From: Eledone cirrhosa
Taxonomy: Eukaryota
Direction: 5' to 3'
DNA: 64,000 nt
NCBI GenBank assembly: GCA_964016885.1
Contig: OZ024743.1
Location: forward strand, 59,334,001 to 59,398,000
Part shown: positions 12,996 to 27,045 of the stretch, one piece after another
How positions within the stretch are numbered: the stretch's first letter is position 1
Layout: each line of letters begins with the position of its first letter
The notes under the pieces: generated by a model
The model's input: only the letters and a program-made list of their open reading frames with translations
What the model was told of the DNA's origin: nothing
Databases searched by the model: none
Made by a program: the position numbers and the translations under genes

Positions 12996-14398
12996 TCCGA
13001 AACCCGGCCCGGCGTCACACCACTACACTTTCGGGCCACATATGGGACCTCAAGGACAACAACATCACCTATGATCTCACTTGGAGATTACTGTCCAGAG
13101 CCAATTCTTACACGGGAGGACGCCGTCCGTGCAATTTATGCTCGGAGAAAACTTTACAAATGCTGTTTTCGACGGACCAACTCCTAAACAAGAAAGATGA
13201 ACTGGTTACTGCATGTAAACATAGATTGCGTAGGACTTACCTCGCCCTCAAACCCCATAATGACCCGGGGGGGGGGGGGGGTAGACTAGGGCTATAACAC
13301 CCCACTTGCCGATTTTGCAATGGGTAACCCCTGCTTGCCAAGGGAGACGTAAGATCTTCTTTGTATTCTTTTATCGCTTCCTTTATTTCCTTCCCCCCTC
13401 TCTCCTTAGTCCTTCTACCCCAGCTCTTCTCCTTTGTCGGCGTCTTTTCTCGCCCACCCAAGGCTGCCCTTTGGCCCCTTGTAGCCTTAGTACCCCCACC
13501 CCTCCCCTAGTCTATGATAGATTTGGCGGACTCCGCCCTTTATAGCAGTTGGTTTAAACCCCGGATACTTGTCCCCTTTTTCCGACCGCTCCCACTATTT
13601 TCTGTGCCCTCTATATTTCTTAGTGGCACTTATGCCTTATTTTTCGTTTCAGTATTTCTTTCTTCGCTTTTCTTTTGGGCGGGGGTGGATTCTGAATTTA
13701 TTTTTCCGTATTCTACCTTTACTTCGTACGAACTTTCATGTAGCTTGTTTTAGATCTTTTAGAGTTAGCATTAGTATATATTTTTCTCGGGACTCAGAAT
13801 TATTATCTCGTACTAGTTCACTTTGCTGCACTGGGTGGTTGCTGGCATTGTGCCCGGTATGGAAACATTTATTGTTTATTTCGTGGTAGTCTCTTTAGTA
13901 TTTTGGCCCCTTTTGTTGACCCGTTACCGTATCATTTACGTACTTATACCTCTTAAAAGGGTCCTTGCCTATTACGTCCCACCTAGTTCTTTTACTTATT
14001 TCCTTATTTCTTTATTTCTTTCTTTACTTCTTTCTTTCTTTCTTTCTTTATTTATTTATTTATTCTAGCCTAACAATAGCTAGAGACCTAGGTCGTAGAA
14101 TTTAATTTACTTTACTTTTTTCTTTACACTTATTTGCTTTTCTTCACTCTCAGTATTTTTTCTTTCCTATATATTTCTACCCCCATTGTTCTACCTACAG
14201 TTCCGACTTCCCCCCCCTCCCCCTCCCCTGTATCTTCTTTGACCTCATGCCCAGCTGTAGCTGGCACTACCAACGCTTGATTGGGTCTACTCCACCCCTC
14301 CCCTCTTTCTCCTACTGGCAGGTTTAGCCACCATCTCCCCTACTAATTTGCAACCACAGAATTACTACTGATTTTTGACAATCACTTTGACCATATAT

Positions 14399-14510
14399 GG
14401 AATTACCCCTTGAGAAGTTCGGCTATTTAAATACCAGGATAAATTTTCATTTAGTCCAGAATTAGCCGTCGAAACGGCTTGAGCTCAGCTGTCGGGGTCT
14501 TACTGGTTCC
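14399..14510 (+). ncRNA. Type I HHR with U3-A8 core and long stem II
   Basis: acccc TTGAGAA g..cggcta(loop)tagccgtc GAAA cggct-tgagctc-agct GTC ggggt; predicted cleavage after C14493. Confidence 0.72.
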
Positions 14511-14605
14511 TATTACCCACTCTACTACCTCAAGTATTGAGTACTTTGGTGCGTTATGGTCCACCTGGTTCCTTACCACACTTCCTTCGTTATATATATA
14601 TATAT

Positions 14606-15698
<1,093 letters not shown>

Positions 15699-15711
15699 AT
15701 ATGTATACAGT

Positions 15712-15975
15712 GGAGGCACGTGGCCTAGTGGTATGAGTGTTCGACTTACGATCATAATGTCGTGGGTTGGATTCCTGGGTTGCGTGTTGTGTTCTTGAGC
15801 AAAACACTTCATTTCATTATACCCAGTTGAAAATGAGTAGCAGCAATAGCTGGAGGTTTAAACCTGCGATGGACTGGCGTCCTCTCCAGGGGAGATTCTT
15901 GTACTCTCAGTCGCTTTACGCCATGAAACCAGGATAAGCACCAGCCAAATGAGCTTTCTGGCTTAAGTCAGAATT
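15712..15975 (+). mobile_element. tRNA-derived SINE, second family
   Basis: A-box tggcctagtgg, B-box-like ggttggattcc, and a tgtgttcttgagcaaaacactt central domain; related copy at ~40312-40430. Confidence 0.75.
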
Positions 15976-15995
15976 TAGACTTCAGATAAGATATG

Positions 15996-16028
<33 letters not shown>

Positions 16029-16051
16029 GATAAGTATATATATATATATGA

Positions 16052-16125
<74 letters not shown>

Positions 16126-16127
<2 letters not shown>

Positions 16128-16311
16128 CGAAGGAACTGTGGTAAGGAACCAGGTGGACCATAACGCACCAAAGTACTCAATACTTAAGGTAGTAGAGTGG
16201 GTAATAGGAACCAGTAAGACCCCGACAGCTGAGCTCAAGCCGTTTCGACTGCTAATTCTGAATTAGCCGTCGAAACGGCTTGAGCTCAGCTGTCGGGGTC
16301 TTACTGGTTCC

Positions 16312-16312
<1 letters not shown>
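16126..16312. mobile_element. Tiny fold-back insertion of the PLE family 2 3' end
   Basis: Matches 14459-14592 inverted, followed by 14459-14513 direct; inside (TA)n. Confidence 0.85.
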
Positions 16313-16344
<32 letters not shown>

Positions 16345-16600
16345 GTAAATATATAAATATATATATATATATAAATGGAATAGAATGAATATATATGGTT
16401 CCTATATATTACTGGTTCCTATATATATATATATATATATATATGTAAATATATAAATATATATATATATATGAATGGAATAGAATGAAACGAAATTTCA
16501 TTTCTCACTCTTAAACGGCACTTACTTAAATGTAAGTATGTATGTATACGTACATATATATATGTATACAGACGTACAGCAACATGTATATGTATATATA

Positions 16601-16636
<36 letters not shown>

Positions 16637-16781
16637 GCACACATATATATATGTACTTATCAGTTTACCGAACTTTATTATAATGTTCGCTTTGTTCGTT
16701 TGTAAACAAACGGACAACCTGATTTACGCCGTACAGTGTTCAGGCAACCACGTCACCTTTTTGTTCAACACTGACACAGGA

Positions 16782-16824
16782 ACGATGTACTAGTTTCATG
16801 CTTGTTAGCTATCGTCAGCACCGT
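16782..16824 (-). ncRNA. Retrozyme HHR copy 1
   Basis: acggtg CTGACGA tagctaacaagcat GAAAC ta GTA catcgt. Confidence 0.8.
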
Positions 16825-17058
16825 ATACCTTTCTGCCAGATGGTTGAACGTCCGAAAGTATATACTTTCCTTATGAATATAAACGGCTGAGCAGCCTAAT
16901 TTTCATATCGAGTGAGTTCAGTCGGCCAGGCGCACCGAAAACGATAAATGGAATAGAATAAAACGAAATTTCATTTATCACACTTAGTACGGCACTTACT
17001 TAAATGTAAGTATGTATGTATACGTACATACATATATGTATACAGACGTACAGTGGCA

Positions 17059-17176
<118 letters not shown>

Positions 17177-17329
17177 CATACAGGCACACACATATATATG
17201 CACGTATCAGTTTACCGAACATTTATTATAATGTTCGCTTTGTTCGTTTGTAAACAAACGGACAGCCTGATTTACGCCGTACAGTGTTCAAGCAACCACG
17301 TCACCTTTTTGTTTAACACTGACACAAGA

Positions 17330-17372
17330 ACGATGTACTAGTTTCAAGCTTGTTAGCTATCGTCAGCACCGT
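17330..17372 (-). ncRNA. Retrozyme HHR copy 2
   Basis: acggtg CTGACGA t-agc-taacaa-gct-t GAAAC ta GTA catcgt. Confidence 0.85.
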
Positions 17373-17606
17373 ATACCTTTCTGCCAGATGGTTGAACGTC
17401 CGAAAGTATATACTTTCCTTATGAAAATTAACGGCTGAGCAGCCTAATTTGCATATCGAGTGAGTTCAGTCGGCCAGGCGCACCGACAACGATAAATGGA
17501 ATAGAATGAAACGAAATTTCATTTCTCACATTAAGTACGGCACATACTTAAATGTAAGTATGTATGTATACGTACATGCATATATGTATACAGACGTACA
17601 GTAGCA

Positions 17607-17733
<127 letters not shown>

Positions 17734-17910
17734 TATATATATATATATATATTTATACATACAGGCACACACATATATATGCACGTATCAGTTTACCGAA
17801 CATTTATTATAATGTTCGCTTTGTTCGATTGTAAACAAACGGACAGCCTAGTTTACGCCGTACAGTGTTCAGGCAACCACGTCACCTTTTTGTTCAACAC
17901 TGACACAGGA

Positions 17911-17953
17911 ACGATGTACTAGTTTCATGCTTGTTAGCTATCGTCAGCACCGT
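17911..17953 (-). ncRNA. Retrozyme HHR copy 3
   Basis: Same motif as copy 1. Confidence 0.8.
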
Positions 17954-18362
17954 ACACCTTTCTGCCAGATGGTTGAACGTCCGAAAGTATATACTTTCCT
18001 TATGAACATAAACGGCTGCGCAGCCTAATTTTCATATCGAGTGAGTTCAGTCGGCCAGGCGCACCGATAACGATGAATGGAATAGAATGAAACGAAATTT
18101 CATTTATCACACTTAGTACGGCACTTACTTAAATGTAAGTATGTATGTATACGTACATACATATATGTATACAGACGTACAGTAGCATGCATATATATAT
18201 ATATTTATACATACAGGCACACATATATATATGCACGTATCAGTTTACCGAACATTTATTATAATGTTCGCTTTGTTCGTTTGTAAACAAACGGACAGCC
18301 TGATTTACGCCGTACAGTGTTCAGGCAACCACGTCACCTTTTTGTTCAACACTGACACAGGA

Positions 18363-18405
18363 ACGATGTACTAGTTTCAAGCTTGTTAGCTATCGTCATC
18401 ACCGT
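18363..18405 (-). ncRNA. Retrozyme HHR copy 4 (C3 mutated)
   Basis: Core reads ATGACGA; the rest is intact. Confidence 0.6.
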
Positions 18406-18666
18406 ATAACTTTCTGCCAGATGGATGAACGTCCGAAAGTATATACTTTCCTTATGAAAATTAACGGCGGAGCAGCCTAATTTGCATAACGAGTGAGTTC
18501 AGTCGGCCAGGCGCACCCAAAACGATAAATAGAATAGAATGAAACGAAATTTCATTTCTCACTCTAAGTACGGCACTTACTTAAATGTAAGTATGTATGT
18601 ATACGTACATACATTTATGTATAGAGACGTACAGTAGCATGCGTATATATATATATATACATGTAT

Positions 18667-18709
18667 ACGGTGCTGACGATAGCTAACAAGCTTGAAACTA
18701 GTACATCGT
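18667..18709 (+). ncRNA. Retrozyme HHR copy 5
   Basis: acggtg CTGACGA tagctaacaagctt GAAAC ta GTA catcgt. Confidence 0.85.
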
Positions 18710-18885
18710 TCCTGTGTCAGTGTTGAACAAAAGGGTGACGTGGTTGACTGAACACTGTACAGCGTAAATCAGGCTGTCCGTTTGTTTACAAACGAACATA
18801 GCGAACATTATAATAAATGTTCGGTAAACTGATACGTGCATATATATATGTGTGCCTGTATGTATATATATATATGTATATATAT

Positions 18886-18928
18886 ACGGTGCTGACGATA
18901 GCTGACAAGCTTGAAACTAGTACATCGT
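18886..18928 (+). ncRNA. Retrozyme HHR copy 6
   Basis: Intact core and stems; one change in loop II. Confidence 0.85.
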
Positions 18929-19335
18929 TCTCGTGTCAGCGTTGAACAAAAGGGTGACGTGGTTGCCTGAACACTGTACGGCGTAAATCAGGCTGTCCGT
19001 TCGTTTACAAACGTACAAAGCGAACATTATAATAAATGTTCGGTAAACTGATACGTACATATATATATGTGTGCCTGTATGCATATATATATATATATGC
19101 ATGCTACTGTACGTCTGTATACATATATGTATGTACGTATACATACATACTTACATTTAAGTAAGTGCCGTTCTAAGAGTAAGAAATGAAATTTCGTATC
19201 ATTCTATTCCATTTATCGTTTTCGGTGCACCTGGCCGACTGAACTCACTCGATATGCAAATTAGGCTGCTCAGCCTTTAATTTTCATACGGAAAGTATAC
19301 ACTTTCGGACGTTCAACCATCTGGCAGAAAGGTAT

Positions 19336-19378
19336 ACTGTGCTGACGATAGCTAACAAGCTTGAAACTAGTACATCGT
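19336..19378 (+). ncRNA. Retrozyme HHR copy 7
   Basis: Intact core; one stem I mismatch. Confidence 0.8.
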
Positions 19379-19531
19379 TCCTGTGTCAGTGTTGAACAGA
19401 AAGGTGACGTGGCTGACTGAACACTGTACGGCGTAAATCAGGCTGTCCGTTTGTTTACAAACGAACAAAGCGAACTTATAATAAATGTTCGGTAAACTGA
19501 TACGTGCATATATATATGTGTACCTGTATGC

Positions 19532-19596
<65 letters not shown>

Positions 19597-19830
19597 TGCT
19601 ACTGTACGTATGTATACATATATGTATGTACGTATACATACATACTTACATTTAAGTAAGTGCCGTACTAAGAGTGAGAAATGAAATTTCGTTTCATTCC
19701 ATTCCTTTTATCGTTTTCGGTGCGCCTGGCATACTGAACTCACTCGATATGCAAATTAGGCTGCTCAGCCGTTAATTTTCATGAGGAAAGTATATACTTT
19801 CGGACGTGCAATCATCTAGCAGAAAGGTAT

Positions 19831-19873
19831 ACGGTGCTTACGATAGCTAACAAGCTTGAAACTAGTACATCGT
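19831..19873 (+). ncRNA. Retrozyme HHR copy 8 (G5 mutated)
   Basis: Core reads CTTACGA. Confidence 0.6.
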
Positions 19874-20026
19874 TCCTGTGTCAGTGTTGAACAAAAAGGT
19901 GACGTGGTTGCCTGAACACTGTACGGCGTAAATCAGTCTGTCCATTTGTTTACAAACGTACAAAGCGAACATTATAATAAATGTTCGGTAGACTGATACG
20001 TGCTTATATATATGTATGCCTGTATG

Positions 20027-20104
<78 letters not shown>

Positions 20105-20213
20105 TGCTACTGTACGACTGTATACATATATGTATGTACGTATACATGCATACTTACATTTAAGTAAGTGCCGTACTAAGAGTGAGAAATGAAATTTAGT
20201 TTCATTCTATTCC

Positions 20214-20286
<73 letters not shown>

Positions 20287-20762
20287 AAAGAGTACTTCAT
20301 ATTTACAGGAAAGCAAATAGATGTATATAAATGATTTTCAGAAAGTAAAATATATGGATAAGTTTGTGTTCGTCTAATTAGTTAAGATTACAAGACAGGT
20401 TGATTTCAAAGAGGGAAAATATGATTAATACAGCTTTCTACAAACGGGAATTGAATGTGTGTGTGTGTATGTATACACAGAAATATATATATATATATAT
20501 ATAAACGGAAAAATGAAACGAAATTTCATTTCTCCCTCTTAGTACGGCTGTTACTGAAATATAAGTATGTATACGTACATACATATATGTATACAGAGGT
20601 ACACTAGTATGTATATATACATACATGCACACATATATATGTACGTATGGATTCACCGAACATTTATGATAAAGCTCGGTGTGTTTGTAAACAAACATCC
20701 CGAATTAAGCAGTACAGTGTCTAGCAACCATCGTTGCTCATTTGTTCAACACTGACAAAGGA

Positions 20763-20805
20763 ACGCTGTACTAGTTTCAAGCTTATTAGTTATCGTCAGC
20801 AACGT
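20763..20805 (-). ncRNA. Retrozyme subfamily B HHR
   Basis: acgttg CTGACGA taactaataagctt GAAAC ta GTA cagcgt; stem I pairing is kept through a double change relative to subfamily A. Confidence 0.8.
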
Positions 20806-21003
20806 ATACCTTCCTGCCACATGATTGAACGTCTGAAAGTATATATTTTCCTTATGCATATTAACGGCTGAGCTGTCTAATTTGCATATCGAGTGAGTTA
20901 ATCGGCCGCGGTATCGAAAACGATAAACGGAAAAAATGAAACGAAATTTCATTTCTCACTCTTAGTAAGGCTGTTACTTAAACATAAGTATGTATACGTA
21001 CAT

Positions 21004-21438
21004 GGTGGCTGCCAACTCGTTTTCGAGTACGGCCACTACTTTATATCCATGTAGGAGAACCCCTACCGATACGCTGAACGAGTGTGACTTTTGAGTCCAG
21101 CCAGCGACTTGAAAACTCTGGTACAAAGACTACACTTGTGACAATTATTGACACATAGTGCTGGGCCCATGGTACCATGTGACGACAAGTGCAGAGAGAT
21201 CTCCAGATATAAAGCAATGCCTGTGCCATGAAGCTTTTATAGTGAGCAAAGGCACTGCACAAAGCCAGTCCCACTCTCTTAACCAAGATGATATTTACCA
21301 AAAAGAAGAACAAGTCAACATCATTGGATACCATCAGGGTTGCAGGTGTTATATCAGAGTTTTCCTTCTCCTAGAATTCTGCCTTGACAAAGGCTAAGGG
21401 GTCATCTCTCCCGGTGATTTTGGATGGCCATTGACTCT
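21004..21438 (-). mobile_element. Non-autonomous RTE-like derivative
   Basis: Target duplication tatacgtacat; encodes CSLCTRVFKSLAGLKSH (RTE-type terminal zinc finger); similar to 34400-34740. Confidence 0.7.
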
Positions 21439-21814
21439 TATACGTACATACATATATGTATACAGACGTACAGTAGTATGTATATATATATACATACATG
21501 CACACATATATATATATGTACGTATGGATTCACCGAACATTTATTATAATGCTCGGTATGATTGTAAACAAACATCCTGAATTAAGCCGTACAGTGTCTA
21601 GCAGTTCCTTTGTCAGTGTTGAACATATGAGCAACGATGGTTGCTAGACACTGTACGGCTTAATTCGGGATGTTTGTTTACAAACACACCGAGCATTATA
21701 ATAAATGCTCGGTGAAGCCATTCGTACATATATGTGTGCATGCATGTATATATATATATATATATACATACTAACTTACGTCTGTATACATATATGTGTG
21801 TACGTATACATACT

Positions 21815-21901
<87 letters not shown>

Positions 21902-21974
21902 ATGTGTGTGTGTGGGTGTGTGTGTGTGTGTGTGTATGTTATTATATATATATATATAGTAAAATAATTGTTTA

Positions 21975-22085
21975 AAATAGTTGTTTCTACTTTTTACACA
22001 AGGCCAGCAATTAACCAGTGCATTACTGGTACTTTATTTTATCGACCCCGTAAGGATGAAAGGCAAAGTGAACCTCGGCGGGATT
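21975..22085 (-). mobile_element. Partial Nin/Deu-like SINE
   Basis: Reverse complement of the SINE 3' half. Confidence 0.75.
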
Positions 22086-22351
22086 AAGAATAAGATGGCT
22101 GTACAATAGGTTTTATTTAACGTATTAACAATTGATTCATTCGACCGGTGTGTCTGAAAGTCGCTGATCGTTAGAAATTGCGTTACTTGACCTTAACTAC
22201 AGTCGATACCCAACCAAATCTTCAGCATACAGATTTGTCTACATAATACAGTGCGCTAGTATTTATAGATACATGGGAGATACTAATGAAACACTTGTTA
22301 ATACTTTAAATAAACCCTATTGTCTAGCCGGCCATGTTATACTTCATTATG

Positions 22352-22592
22352 ATTGGCACTATCGGTAGAGGGTCGGACGCCATGCTTCCCAGCATAGTTA
22401 CGTCCCTTTACGATCTGAGTTTAAATCCCGCCGAGGTTGACTTTGCCTTTCATCCTTACGGGGTCGATGAAATAAAGTACCAGTAATGCACTGGGTAATT
22501 ACTGGCCTTGTGCCTAAAGTAGAAACAATTATTTACTATTATCCCGCCGAGGTTAACTTTGCCTTTCATCCTTACAGGGTCGATAAAATATT
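22352..22592 (+). mobile_element. Nin/Deu-like SINE plus partial duplicate
   Basis: Full head and core, followed by a repeated core at ~22540-22590. Confidence 0.8.
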
Positions 22593-23325
22593 TACTTTTA
22601 TTAATTTACAATTATTTACTTTTATTACTTCAAGGACCGCCTGCCTAGGAACTTTCTGAAACCGGCCACCCGACAAGGGAAACATCTTGGTGAGTCAAAC
22701 AACGCTGTACGTTAAAATTATCCTCGATACAGAGTACTCATAACCTCTAGCCGTGTTACCTTAAACGATATCTTGTTATACTATATACATATTTATATAT
22801 ATATATATATACACATCTATAAAACATATAAATTAAACACCTATACATATATACATAAACATGCATATCTATACATATATTTATTGATATTTTCTCTCTC
22901 ACACACTCTCTCAGTACAATATAATTATTATAATCCAATATATTTCCAGTTAAAATATGCCTCATCATTATAGGACATATATATGACGTATAAAATACGT
23001 TTATAAACAATACATATATAGGTAGCCTCGCTGCCAAAGAAAAAAATCTTTTTCGTAACTAAAAATTTTCATTTTCCTCTATTTTCTTGCTTTATTCAGA
23101 CAAATATTATGGTGAAGCCTATTTCTATTTCGATATATATATATATATATATATACACATGTTACTTCATCGTAGGAAAACCGCCATCCTTGGAGCACTA
23201 ACGCCGAGGATCTCGAGAGGCACCGGCTCAAATAGGAATCGGTTTGTTAAATTCAACTATTCTGTTATTCTTCTCTCTTCTGCATTGCTGGTGTTTGTCC
23301 TCAGGCCCACACTGATGTTCTCCCC

Positions 23326-23369
<44 letters not shown>

Positions 23370-23409
23370 TATATATATATAAGGTAATTTATTCCGGGTT
23401 GAATCGGAG

Positions 23410-23552
23410 GTAACCACAGTAAGTAAGGTACTCAATACATAGCAGACTATAAAAATAAAAGTTTTAATATAGATGAGATTCTACAGGACTAGAACTGTTT
23501 CATTCTTGAGAAATCATCAGGAATCTGTAGAATCTCATCTATATTAAAACTA
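23410..23552 (-). mobile_element. Small fold-back PLE-type 3' end with HHR core
   Basis: Inverted repeat 23461-23486 / 23526-23551 enclosing minus-strand CTGATGA t-ttc-tcaa-gaa-t GAAAC agttcta GTC. Confidence 0.65.
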
Positions 23553-23693
23553 TATATATATATATATATACACATACAGGTATATTCTACAAGTCGTAGG
23601 AAGACTACTGGATGTATATATTTGACTAAACATCTATACACGCATACACAGGAACACACTGACACACATACTTACATATATATATATATAAAT

Positions 23694-23733
<40 letters not shown>

Positions 23734-23753
23734 CCATATATATATGTATATAC

Positions 23754-23846
<93 letters not shown>

Positions 23847-24759
23847 CACATATCATGTATCTCCTATCATTTTGCATATATGTACTGTATGTATTTTTTG
23901 TATTTATTGGATATTTTTTGTGTTTTTTTGTGTATTTTATATCTGTGTTTTTTTTTTGTTTTGGTCCATGTGATGGAAATACTAACTAGGTACCCGCCTA
24001 ACTATTACCTTTCATGCTGTAATTTACCCTCCGTCCTACTGTACGGTACTATGGTTCAGTATGTAGATAATATATCTGTAACATTGATGCCCCCTTTCCA
24101 AACTTCTTACTTAAACACCTCCCTACGTAGTAGATAGTATAGGTGCACATATTTTTTTTACTCACTTCAATCTAGATTCTCACATGTAAATTTTTGAATT
24201 TTAAATTTTTGATTTCTGATTTTTGATTTTAATTTTTAGTTTTAATTTCCAACTCTCCATTCATAATTTACACTGTGAAACCATAATACCTAGAATTAAG
24301 TATATTTTCTCTGAGATGTTGATGGTCAATTCTACTGTCCACGCTTAATGTAGGGTGGTATTGAGACCTATTGATACTCACACTCTCCCAACCCCACTAG
24401 CTTTCGGCTGACTGCAACTGATGTTGTGGCTAGCAGTAAGCTATATATTACAGGCCTGAGTAGGTCATTGTTTGGTTGAGTGGGGAAACTGCCTAGGGGA
24501 ATTTCGTTGAACACTGCGGTAGCTGATGGTCAAATTGCTTCGGACCTGCGCCTGCGCAGACCGGTGGGGATGAATTGGTACTCACAAGGGAACGGTCGAA
24601 AAACCCGAGAGCACACACTTCGTCCATTCCCATGTCGATTCAATTTGGTTTGCCTCGGAAACATAACCTTATTGTGTAGCCAGCTGTCTGACGATCTCGC
24701 GGCACTGGCGCACGAAATAGTGTGGCCACTGTCGCCATTGAAATATGTATCACAGCAAT

Positions 24760-24952
24760 GGCCAGTGGATTGGCAGTATCGGTAGAGGGTCGGACGCCAT
24801 GCTTTGACGCATAGAGTTACGGCCCTTGCCATTCTGAGTTCAAATCCCGCCGAGGTTAACTTTGCCTTTCATCCTTATGGGGTCGATAAAATAAAGTACC
24901 AGTAATACACTGGGTAATTGCTGGCCTTGTGCCAAAAGTAGAAACAATTATT
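24760..24952 (+). mobile_element. Nin/Deu-like SINE, full length
   Basis: tggcagtatcggtag A-box, gagttcaaatccc B-box, core, and tail agtagaaacaatt. Confidence 0.85.
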
Positions 24953-25070
24953 AAATGCCTTTAACATCTGTAACTACTTCGATTTTCCTTATTCGATATT
25001 TACTCCGTCACTCCTAAGTGGAATAAGTACGTTGAGTGCTTGAATTGAATTGTATCAATGTTTACCTAAA

Positions 25071-25118
<48 letters not shown>

Positions 25119-26446
25119 GGTTTGTTTGTTCGTGTGTATCTGTGCGCGTGTACGATACTAATTATTTGCACATATGGTTGAATATATTTATAAAAGTATA
25201 TGTATGGAATCTTGATTTGACTTGAATATACCCTTGAATTTGTTTATTTACACATTTGTCTATTTGTAAATAATTTCGCTTAATTTCCACTCGATTTCGT
25301 GACCAAACCACTCCCTCTACTTCTCCATCTACTTATCATTGTCTTTTGATAGACTTTCATCCGCCATCTTTTACTTCTCACTCATCCCAAATGTTTCCTA
25401 GTTTTTAATAGTAAATAGTATTTCATTCATTATTTATCACTTAGTTATCTATCTATTTATCATATTCCTTTCAGAAGTTAGATGTTTACTCAATGCCATT
25501 TATGCAAGCGCCGTTAACCAAAATAAGCAATGGAAAATATTTTCATCGAAAGTGACTGATCACAAATAAAAACATTTTTCCTGGCTTGACATCAACTTTA
25601 AAGTCTATTCTATGTAAAGTATTATCAAATTCTATGATTCATATCTAATAGATTTCATGTGATCGCGTTATAGGAACTGTCTATATGAAATTGTAAAACG
25701 TGATACTTGACGCATTTTGTAAATTATGGAACCAATTATTTCCTTCCTATATCTTGATCCATAAAATTATTTATGACTCTTCCTTATCAATATAAGTAAT
25801 GTTATCTAAATTTCCCTTGCTAACCCAATGGTTACATATTTATTTCGGATTATTAATCATATGGATTGAAAAAACATCAGTATATTTTTAAAGAGGTATA
25901 TGAGATATATGATGATAGATTTGGGAAAGTTAGAAGTACAATGGTGAAAACAAAGTTGAGTAAAGTAAGAAAAATAAAACAACACTTTATAGTTTTTACT
26001 TATATTTCGTGATTTTCCGAGGTAGAAATTGGATCGCAGTAATGTTGGCATTATTTTAGTACCCTTGAGGGCACACATATATATATGAAATTATATCAAT
26101 ATGTATAATATATATGGAGAGAGAGATAATATATTTAATTTATAGAACAAAAGTTTTAGTCATACAAAATATGCAAACGTTACGGTAGCCGAAAAGCATC
26201 AAATGCCACTATGCCATTCAGAGAGATATCAATACGAGCCAGATTAAACATAATGTTTTCTTCAATCATGGGGAAAAAAACGAAAAACAAATACGACAAT
26301 CACAGAAAAAAAACAATTACAAAACAAATCAAAGGGCAGACATGGAACAAGACCCCGAGCAAGATGGTTGGATAGCATCCATGAGGTTGGCTACCTACAT
26401 TTCAAAGCTTACATTGCATATGTCGTAGAAAAATTATGTTTAATGA

Positions 26447-26838
26447 GGCGGTGGATTGGCAGTATCAGTAGAGGGTCAGACACCATGCTTTGACGCAAAG
26501 AGTTACGGCTCTTGCCCTTCTGAGTTCAAATCCCGCCGAGTTTAACTTTGCCTTTCATCCTTATGGGGTCGATAAAATAAAGTACCAGTAATACAATGGT
26601 TAATTGCTGGCCTTGTGCCAAAAGTAGAAACAATTATATTTAATGAGGCGGTGGATTGGCAGTATCGGTAGAGGGCCGGACGCCATGCTTTGCAGCATAG
26701 AGTTACGCCCCTTTACGATCTGAGTTCAAATCCCGCCGAGGTTAAGTTTGCCTTTCATCCTTACGGGGACGATAAATAAAACACCAGCAATCCACTGGGA
26801 TAATTGCTGGCCGTGTGCCAAAAATAGAAACAATTATA
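26447..26838 (+). mobile_element. Two tandem Nin/Deu-like SINEs
   Basis: Copies at ~26447-26637 and ~26647-26838, each preceded by tttaatga. Confidence 0.85.
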
Positions 26839-26986
26839 TTTACTAGTATTGCTCATCATTCGGACAAGACTAGTCGTAGTTTTGCCTGAAAGATAAATAA
26901 CGCTACTAATCGTGGTGTTTCTGAAATTTTGGAAGTTCTGCGGAAGCACACACTCGCTCACTCACTCTCCCCCCTCTCTCTCTCCC

Positions 26987-27045
<59 letters not shown>

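Larger units (their letters stand above)
10523..14592. mobile_element. Penelope-like element family 2 (Nematis-like), head-to-head inverted structure
   Basis: Minus arm 10523-~12995 and plus arm ~12996-14592 form a ~1.5 kb inverted repeat inside long (TA)n tracts. Confidence 0.92.
20502..21815. repeat. Diverged retrozyme-like subfamily B, also ending in an inversion
   Basis: Homologous to the subfamily A unit; 21440-21603 is inverted relative to ~21640-21810; interrupted by an RTE derivative. Confidence 0.8.

Noticed and set aside
24450-24500. CTGAGTA...GAAAC motif
   Set aside because: G8 and the cleavage triplet are missing; not a supportable hammerhead.
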